Assembly (NCBI GenBank): GCA_051362555.1
Contig: CM120641.1
Coordinates: 9,052,001 to 9,116,000, forward strand
DNA length: 64,000 nucleotides
Direction: 5' to 3'
Source: Lingula anatina
Lineage: Eukaryota > Animalia > Brachiopoda
Below the pieces are notes generated by a model. It was not told the origin of the DNA, did not search any database, and saw only the letters and a program-made list of their open reading frames with translations. Of the stretch, positions 26,707 through 36,430 are shown piece after piece (within the stretch, counting starts at the first letter, position 1; each line of letters starts with the position of its first letter). A program made the translations under genes and the position numbers.

Positions 26707-27269
26707 AAAGGCCCGGATCAAATCTAGTCCCATGCATAAAAAGCCCAGACCCCATGTTTATTACGCCCTGGCTGGGCCCATTCTTTATGGTGTCTGCATT
26801 GTTAACAGCATAATCGGCAAGTTAAGTGACCAAGTTAATTGGCCAAGCTGCCAGTTTGTTTGTGTGGCATGTGCAGGGGATGTCTTAGATCAAGGCACAA
26901 ATGAAGCCCATCTTTAATTTAACATTTATTTAGTAAATGTTACTTAATCAATCTACATGTCTTTTCTTTAAACATTAAACATCTTTAAAAGTATCATCCT
27001 CTGATGTATTTTACAAATCTCATGTAATGAAATACAAGTATATCTCATTTGCCACACCTGTAAGTATCATAATATGTGCCTTGATCTAAGACATCCCCTG
27101 CACATGCCATACAAACAAACCGGCAGCTTGGCCAATTAACTTGGTCACTTAACTTGCCCATTATGCTGTTAACAATGCAAAGACACCATAAAGAATGGGC
27201 CCAGCCAGGGCGTAATAAACATGGGGTCTGGGCTTTTTATGCATAGGACTAGATTTGATGCGGGCCTTT

Positions 27270-27315
<46 letters not shown>

Positions 27316-30300
27316 TGGACAGTGTGGTAGCTGAACTGGGCCTCAGACCAGTGTATGACAGTAAAGTTGGGGGCGCAGAAATACGCGGCATATCTGGGGG
27401 AGAAAGGAAAAGAGTCAGCATAGCAACTCAACTACTTGTGGATCCAAGTGAGTATGTTTGGCTTATTTCATTATTTTTTTCCTTGTGGACATATATCTAT
27501 GCATACACCAATGCGCATATGTTGACTTAGAGTGTATTTTGCTGATTATGCTGATATTCTGCGTGTGCACAAAGGTTTGCTTTAGAGATATCTAAAGTAC
27601 TTTTAATAATATTGATAAGGCTGCAGCATGGGTAGTGTCAATAGTAATTTGAAAAAGCATTTTTTTAGTATCATTTGAATTTTATCCAAATACTTATCAT
27701 GTGAATTTCAGGTATTCTGTTACTAGATGAGCCAACGTCGGGTCTCGACTCATTCACGGCGCATCATTTGGTGGAAACTCTCTCAACGCTGGCGAAGAAT
27801 AACCGCACAATACTCTTAACGATACATCAACCAAGGTGTGGGAATGGTGTAACATTTTGACTGATTTTTGTATTGTAAAGGGCGTCGTTGGTGGGGTTTG
27901 TTTGGTCAAAGAAAAGAAAAAGACGTTTGCTGGAGACATGGGTAGTATTTTAAGTATTCAGCGACCACCACTTTACCGAGTCCAAAACTCTAAATTGCCC
28001 CATTATAGACGATTTCAAGCCCGCCTTTGCATGTACACCCAAACCCAAAGAAACGGTAACAATTACACTCCTGGCGTTTGTGTTAAATAACAATTATTTA
28101 ATCAAGGGTTAGAAAGGTTGGTGCTTAAAAAAAAGATTTGAACATTTCTTTCGATAGAAAATGCGGAACTTTACGACGACAATCCCCTCGCTCCCAAACG
28201 ATACTTAAACGATTCGTTTAATTCATCCAAAAGTATGGCCGTTACAAATATTCGTATGCAATTGCGTTTTAGATGAAATGAGATAAAGAATCGAAGTATG
28301 TGACAATGCTTTTATTTTAAACGTTAAAACAGGTTATCGGTCTGATTTTGTGATAATATAAGTTACTCAAATTGGCAACTAGTTAATAGTTATCATTTGT
28401 TGTATTATCTTTAATTTTGTTTTTTAATCAATGTTAAGGCCAGTTTAATATGGGTTTATGCATGTAATTGAAACTGTACGCGGTTTCAGGTCGGACATCT
28501 TTAAACTGTTTGATCTGGTGATGATCTTAACTGAGGGCAATGTTGCATATTATGGAGAAGCTGCCAAAATGATCCCATATTTCACCAAGCTACAATACCC
28601 ATGCCCAGAATTCACAAACCCGTGTGATTTTTATGGTGAGGTTTGGCGTTGGTCTTTGAATGTAGGCTCTATCCACTTATGTAGGTGCCATCAAATTTAT
28701 ATATATAAGCGACGTAACTGTTTACAATCCTTTTTCTTTAAATTTAAGTTGTGAAAACCGAACTGAAATATTAGATTTGTTGTCTTCTCAGTTGATCTCT
28801 GTACAGTCGATACAAAAACTGAAGTCACAGAAATAGAGTCTTCCCGTCGGGTGGATTCCTTGGTGAAACAATACTCCCAGGAAATGTTACAAAATGATAG
28901 CGGAGCCTTTGTTAACGGCGCAGAGGACGAACCTACAAGACTTCGAAGGGACTTGGAGGCCACACGACTGTATCTGCCTGGGTGGTTTACGCAGTGGGCA
29001 GTTCTGACAAGGTAGGCCAAATGAACAGACTGAAGCTAGTGAAAATTTCAAGGAAAGGGGTTACATTTACAGAAAACGGCTTAGGTGTCAGAAGAAACAT
29101 GAAACATTTGCCGTTTGAGTATAGAGTGTTGCAAATGCTTGGGAGAAAAGCGCATACATCACCTACTAATAAGTTACATTTACGTTACACGTAATATCTC
29201 GTAATATGTTTGACTTAGAGTTACAGAAGTATAACTGTTGAACATTCAAAGTGAATTCTAACGCTCCGGAGATGTGGGATTCTAACCAATTCTTAGAATT
29301 GAATTTATAAGGTGCCCTTATCAAAACTTTCACTTAAATGTCTTCTTCATCCTCGACCAAATTCTTCAACGTATCTGTGAAAATGAGGATGGGGAAGGGA
29401 ATGAAATACACAGCTAAATAATAAAAAATTCTAATTCTCATTTTAATGAATTCCAGGCGTGCTCTGATCAACAATTTCGCCGACTATGGTTTCCTCCTCG
29501 TCCAAATTGCGGAAAGTGTATTTATGTCTCTCGTTATCGGCGTGGTCTACCTGAACCTTCAGTTTGATCAGTATGCCATGAGGGACAGGTTCGCCTTGAT
29601 GTTTATTTTGGGTGCACTCTACCCGTACATGATGGTCGTGGATGTTGTTGGCAAATGTAAGAATAACTCTGCAGACTAAATTTTTAGTTCCCACTTGCAC
29701 CGTTTTGTTATATCTTTTCTATGAATTACGTGTGCTGAGCTCTGTAAGACTATATGGTTATAGGTTTTTGCCCCCCCCCCCCAAAAAAAAAAAAAAAAAA
29801 AAAACTGAATAAGAAACATACTCGAAAAAAAAATTGTGAACTGATAGCTTACATATTATTTGACGGAGAATATTTTGTTTTTTTTAGATCATAAAGAAAG
29901 ATGGCCACTTTATCATGATCTTCAAGATGGACTGTACACCCCTGGACCATTTTTCTGGGCAAAGGTAAAATACTGTGCTTGTTTGACAACACACACACAC
30001 ACATTTCAAAGCAGAAAAAAATATGCGGAATATTATATTTACTAGAAAATTCCACCAGATTCAATGACCAATTTGATTCCGTCTCTATTGCAGCTCGTCA
30101 GTGAGATTCCAGAACACACACTATTTCTGATCCTGTATTCAGTTCCTTATTACTGGTTGTCCAACATGCAGAATGATGCCTTACTATTCTTCCAAACGTT
30201 TGTGATTCTGTTTCTCACTGCGTACTGTTGCCGCTGCGTCGGCATGGCGTTTGCTGCCGTCTTTCCCACATGCCAATCTGCCACCACTTCTGCACAAGGA

Positions 30301-30506
30301 TTTTTTGCAACTATGCTACTCTCTGGTGGCTTCATTATTAACATGGATAATTTATTTGAAGGTAAATGTTATTTCCTTCGTTTCTTCTCTATAAAAGTTC
30401 CAACCAATGAAACATTTATAAATGAGGTGAGAATATTTTGTGACCTTCAATATCTTATGGATGTTCATGATTTAGACAAGCAAAAAATACTAACCATAGG
30501 TTTAAA

Positions 30507-30545
<39 letters not shown>

Positions 30546-30856
30546 ATATTATAAATATTGCCATGATCTTATTGATTTTCTTTACCTATACAGGTATGAA
30601 ATGGTTATCCAATGTGTCCTTTCTGAAGTGGAGTTACCAATCCTTATGTTTGGTTGAGCTACCAGGGTTGAACTTTACCTGTCCCTTGCCAATAGGCACG
30701 TGTATTCATAATGGGTCGGAGGCCCTGAAGTACTACTCAATGGAAAATATAGAGATGTGGAAAAGCTGCACTATCCTTGGAGCAGAGTCCATATTTTTCC
30801 TTATTGTATTTTACATTGCCTTAACATTCATTAGTCAGAAACCACAAGAGTCATAA
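25207..30856 (+). CDS. ABCG8: ABCG8-like sterol half-transporter, 11 coding exons
   Basis: Exons about 25207-25314, 25597-25774, 26110-26346, 27315-27447, 27712-27835, 28490-28635, 28792-29011, 29457-29656, 29888-29964, 30094-30361, 30594-30856. ABCG8-type motifs [94 protein letters not shown] and terminal ISQKPQES*. Confidence 0.9.
26703..27273. mobile_element. MITE with about 197-bp TIRs (TGT...ACA ends) embedded in (TA)n
   Basis: 26703-26899 is a near-perfect reverse complement of 27075-27273 (TGTCAAAGGCCCG...CGGGCCTTTGACA). About 40-nt TA tracts on both sides. Confidence 0.92.
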
Positions 30857-31551
30857 TTGTCATTTTTAAACATGAATGACTTTTGCCAAGATATTATGTT
30901 CAATAGACTTGAACAAAAAGTCAAACTGTAAAGTCAAGAGAGAACAATGATTAGAATTCTAAAATAATTTTAATTGATAAATTTATATGCAAAGCATGTC
31001 ATATGTTTAACACATTACAGAAGAAAGCCGGTTTCTTTGGAGCATCTTGGAAAAACTCTTTAAGTTTATGAACATTACAAAATGTAAATATTTACATTTG
31101 TATTTATATCCAGGACTAGGGGATTTGTTTGTCTTTGCCATTATAGCATTCATACCTAATAATTATCAAAAAAGGTAATAGTACATTGAACAGTCTATAG
31201 TTACTAATTGACAGCAGAATGGGTATGAATGACAATTATAATCCCAGACTATGTCTGAATCTATTGGATTACATATCCTTCGTCAATTTCTGTACGTGTA
31301 CGCATGTACTCTTACACTGTATAAATACGAATATTCCTCATCTTGTTTCACAAAGACCAAGAATCAAGTAGTTACAAATGAAATAAAAGCAAGCCGAACC
31401 TCTTAGACCTACTTGCCAAATTATGCCTTTGGATACTCATAATAACAATCATGTTTTTATTATATTTCATTTGCTTGTTTAATGTGAAAATGACAGCAAT
31501 ACTAAGAGATAGATTTTATTCAGATTTTATAACTCTTCAATTTCTTGCTGT

Positions 31552-34500
31552 TCAGTCTTTTTCTTGGGTTTAAACTTAGTTGGCTTGTGGTCTGTCATTG
31601 CAAAAGTGTCATGGCCTTCTCTGAAATTGAACATCATCGAGATATAAAAGCTCAGTTGAGTTAGAAATGTTTAATGATTGTATATTAATATCTTACACAA
31701 AAATTGTCATTTTCGTTAAAACAAAATAATTATCCATTCTGTAACCTTGAAAAGCAACACACCAATATGAACAGTGTTATCAAATACTGCAAAATATCAA
31801 GCAATATTAATTGAGTTATCATAATTCCTCACAAGTTCAAATTCTGAACAAGGACATTTTAAAGTTTTACTACATAAAGAGTCACCGCTCTCAAAAATTC
31901 TAAATAGGACATTTAATGAAAATTGTTTGTCAAATACCATCACATTTAGTCCCAGTCATGTCAAATTTCTGTGTAAAACCCTTATTAAATATTTAAAGGA
32001 GCATACTTTTGTACTGTGAACAAATAATGTTGAATTCAATATTTGTAAATATTTGAGATGTTTGGACAACTACACCAGTTTGGGAATAAACAATAATAGA
32101 CTTACTTCTTAACAATGGGCATGAAAACCTCAGTTTTCAATTATACAATAAAAACGAAAGACACCCACTAGCCTGTATGTTGCCTGATTAATAAAGAGCA
32201 AATGCTGATTAATGAGCCCACTTACTTAAAGCACCTATCACAGTAGAGATCTCCATCACAACCATAGCACCTTAAACTGGCATCAGCATTGCAAATACAG
32301 CACCATGGTAACTCATCTGAATCCTCCTCCTCCTCCTCATCATCATCATCATTATAACCATACTTTTGTTCACCTTTCTGAAATGATTCAATATTGATTT
32401 TTTAAATCTTGCAAATTTTGCAAATTAAGTAAAAATGTGATAATTACACTAAACAGTACAACAAATTTTATAAAAAATCTATGCTTAAATATTTCCAGAC
32501 GGTGAACATAACTCTTTAATTAATCAAAATATTTTACTCACTGCAGTTTTTGTTTTTCTTTTTGTTCTTTCTTTAATGCATTCTTTGTAACCAGATTCTT
32601 CAAGTTCATCATCCAATCTGTTCTCTTCTAATGCCTAAAAGAAAGAAGCGAAGTAAATTAAAAATAAAAAAGGACAATCGTTTTTCCTTTGCACTGTCAT
32701 GATATTTTAAGCACAATATTGATTTTTCTCTTTGCCAGCACATAATAAAGCAAGAGTCTTTTTTCTGCATAAGGACTGTAAAAACACAATATGTGACTCA
32801 CCTTTTTGAGGATTTTCTTGATACTCTCTTCTTCATCCTCCTCGCTTTCAACATTATCATCACCAGAAACTATACAGGTTGCACCTAAAATTAATAAAAA
32901 AAGAAGTGCCTGTGTGTGTGTTCATTTTACAAAAGATGTGAAATACAGTACATCTATTCTAACAGTAAAAGAACTGCAAAACTCAATATCCCATCAAAAT
33001 GCAAACATTTTTCATTTTCAACATGCCCATATAATAATAATAATAATATATAAATATATATCATAACAGACCTAGAATCACATTTATTTCTAACTGAAAT
33101 CCACGACTCCTTACAAAGCTCACCTTCAAGGACTTCCTTGTTCTCTTTTTCTTTGTTTTCATTTTTCTTTCTATCACGCTTCAGCTGAGCAAGTCTCTCT
33201 TGAATGTCCTTATCCCTCTCTAAATCTTTTATGGCTTTTTGGGCATCTAGCTCTAACTCATGAGCTGCCTCGGCTATTAGTCTATTAAAATATCATGAAG
33301 GTGAGAAAGGCACTAACATAATAATTGCTACTTTTATTTGTGGAACAGTCAATTCTATAATTCTAGAATATATGGACCCCTTTTGTATATTGTGATAAGG
33401 AGAATACAAAAAATATTGCTAACCTTTGCATTTCTTGGATATCGATGTCATTTTTTTCAGTAGAATTTGTTTGGTTTTCTTCTTCCATTGGTAAATTAAT
33501 GTTTTTTCTGTATAGTTTTTCTGGCATGGAGTCTTGTTTATTTAAATCATTCTGGCCCATACTTGAGCTTCTTGAATTTTTGGCAACTTAAAATAAAAAT
33601 AAAACAACAAAAATTAAATAAAAACATCAAAACATAACTAGGCAAAACAAAGAAGTAGACTAATGCTTTTAATCGAGGTTATGTAGAAAGTTTTGGAAAT
33701 CTTTTTATCATGAAAGGCAACATTACAAATGATAAACTATTCAGAATAATTTTAAATAAAATTAAACAACTGCGTCATACAGCTTAATTTAATATTTTCA
33801 ACATTTTTAAACTGAATATTACCTGACTCTTCATTTTGCTTTCCTGGTTGTTGGTGGAGTTGTAAGAGTCTGTTATGTATATCTTGTTCAGGAGTAGGAT
33901 ATTTTGAGTCAAGATCAATCTCAGCACAAATCTCATCTAACAAGTCATCGGTTTGTTTTGCTGCAGTTCTTGTATCTGGTGCTTGATAGAACTGTAGATC
34001 GATTGGAATAATTTTTATGTGGATAACATCATTATATTTTAAAACCAACAGTCAATTGCAGAAGTTAAAAGTAAGGGGGCTTCCAAATGGTATTGTTTAA
34101 TAGTAAAAACAAACATTGTGGTGTTGATAAAAATAAATGACTACCAACTATACCTTCGTATTTGGAGCCTTTGTCATATTACTTGGATCCTGTCCTCTTA
34201 GTTTGGCTAACCTTGCTGCAACTGCCTGCTCATCAGGTACAGGAGGTACTAAAAAAAGTACTCAAATTTGTACTTCCAATTACCATGAGTCCAAAACAAG
34301 TGTCAAACTTTGATAAACTATTAATATGAGCTCTCACATTTTCACTGACATTTAAGACAGCTAAACAAATTCAACTTTCAACATTCATTCCAAAAGTATG
34401 CATCATATCCTGCTAACAAATTTACTTTTTTCATTAAAAAATATTATTTGTGTTGATGGAGTTACCATCTTTTGGTTTTTCTCTTAGTTTTTCCAACCTC

Positions 34501-36087
34501 CTGGCAATTTCAATGTCTTCTTTTGACATGCCTTTGTGAGATTTACTTGAAGCCACAGGTTTAGCTGCTGACTGTGGTCTAGAATGTGTGGTGCCAGTCT
34601 CAGGATTATCTAGTGCAGCCATCCTTCTGAGATTATAACAGTGTTAACATTTATAAACATATTAAATATCCAAACATCAAAATGGTATAAATTATGTAAC
34701 AATAATTAAAATATCAAGTTGGAATATCCTTGCTGAGAAAAATGATTCGCAACCAGTATATTAAGTTATATATTATATATTTTTGATAAATATATATTTT
34801 ATATATATTTGTGAAATGGTTTAAATATATGAAAATAGTCTGTTTATTCACTGTAGTGCTTCTGGAATTATAGTTTTAAATTAACTGACAAGTACTGATA
34901 AAATACCTTTATAAAGACTTACTTTTTGAAGGCAGCTGGGGGAGAGTATTTAGATGTATATGTATCTTCCTGTCTTTTGCTAAAAGTAAACTGTAAGAAT
35001 TATTCATTTATATAAACATTTTTTTGGTTTTCACAACATAAAATGCTTGACTTCTGGTCCTGGAAACTCTTACTCAATTTCCTTTTAATGGTGATGATTT
35101 GTTATAATTAGCTCTGCACTCTTTGTCAATATCATTGGTTTACGCCACACTTTTCAGTACAAATTTATAATCATAAACTATGATTAGCTCGACACTCTTT
35201 GTCAATGTTATTAATTTACATTATAACTTTTAGTACAAATATTAACCCTATGTGAATCATACACTGAAATTTCACAGCAACAATACATTATTCACTGATT
35301 AGGTGTTTTTGTAATTAGATAAAGAAAAAGGAATTTGATTTTAGTTTTGGAGAAACTTACCCAGATAGAATGTCATAACACTTCTGACACACATGGTGCA
35401 CTTCACTATTGCGTTTTGGCACTGCAATTTTACTACTCACACACTTACTACAGAAGCCAAATCCACAGTTCTTACACCCATGCTGCAAAGGAATTAAGCA
35501 ATGAAATTGACATTTTTTTCTAAAGTGTAAAAAAAGGGTTGGATTCTGCGTACAAATCAAGGAATGCCTACTCACAGAATAAATCAAACTTTTCTGACTC
35601 TGGCATACTCATCCAGTTAAACATTATGTTTGAGTTTTTATATATTCACTGGATGTATCTGATGTAGTGCAGTTACTTTTAAAGAAGTAAAAAGTGTAAT
35701 TGTAAATATTCATGTATCAGTGTCTTATTTATATGAAATTTACATCAAAAGCATAAGGGGGAAATTTCATATTTCTGCGAGATCTGACTTTTTTTTTGTG
35801 AGAAGTACTTTCGCAGAAATATTGACATAGAAACCGCGAGAGAAATTCAGAATCCTCCAATTTTTAATATTTGTCACAGACATTTACTACATCAGCACAT
35901 GTACCAGCGGTCCTGCTACTTAACGGAATCAAACTTATTTACTATAGATCTACCAGTAACCAGTCAGTGAAAATTTAATCAATTAATGTCAAATGATGGT
36001 AAAGCCTCGGATATAATTCTATACCTCATTTACCTCTTTCTTAAATATCCCAAATTCAGTAGCACAAGAATAACATTTCCCTGACAT
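31552..36087 (-). CDS. ZFYVE19: ZFYVE19/ANCHR abscission-NoCut checkpoint regulator, about 12 exons
   Basis: N-terminal FYVE-type finger [18 protein letters not shown]|[14 protein letters not shown]...VCQKCY, then YSPPAAFKK and [15 protein letters not shown]-terminal [29 protein letters not shown]|EGHD, with TGA at 31552-31554. Confidence 0.92.
35107..35243. repeat. Two diverged tandem copies of a ~76-bp unit
   Basis: ATTAGCTC..CACTCTTTGTCAAT...AGTACAAAT repeated at about 35107 and 35183. Confidence 0.65.
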
Positions 36088-36430
36088 TGTGTTGAATAGT
36101 ATGGGTCACTGGTGGTGGATGTAGTCTAGGTCGATCTCCGTCAGCATCATGCGTTGGCTCATCACCAAAACTATCTACCGGAAGTTGTTTACCGATAGCG
36201 TACGTCATAAAGTCGTACTTAAACAAAGTAACTTCAAAATATATTAAGTATGTAAAAATTGATACATACCGATAAATATATTTGATATATTAAAGAGAAA
36301 TATTATTTGAAGTGTTTCATTAATATTATCTCTCAAAAAGTCTTGCAAAATTTCAATTATCTATTTTGGTATTTTTTTTTCATGTTCAACGGTACTACTT
36401 GTTGAAGGGTTTGTAAAAAAAATAAAAAGC
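36088..36430. promoter_or_regulatory. Compact bidirectional promoter of ZFYVE19/PNPT1
   Basis: Only about 340 bp between the divergent ATGs. ACCGGAAGT (ETS/GABP consensus) at about 36177 and TACGTCA (CRE-like) at about 36201. Confidence 0.6.

Noticed and set aside
26702-27431. Mirror-image ORFs [18 protein letters not shown] on both strands
   Set aside because: Artefact of the MITE terminal inverted repeats.
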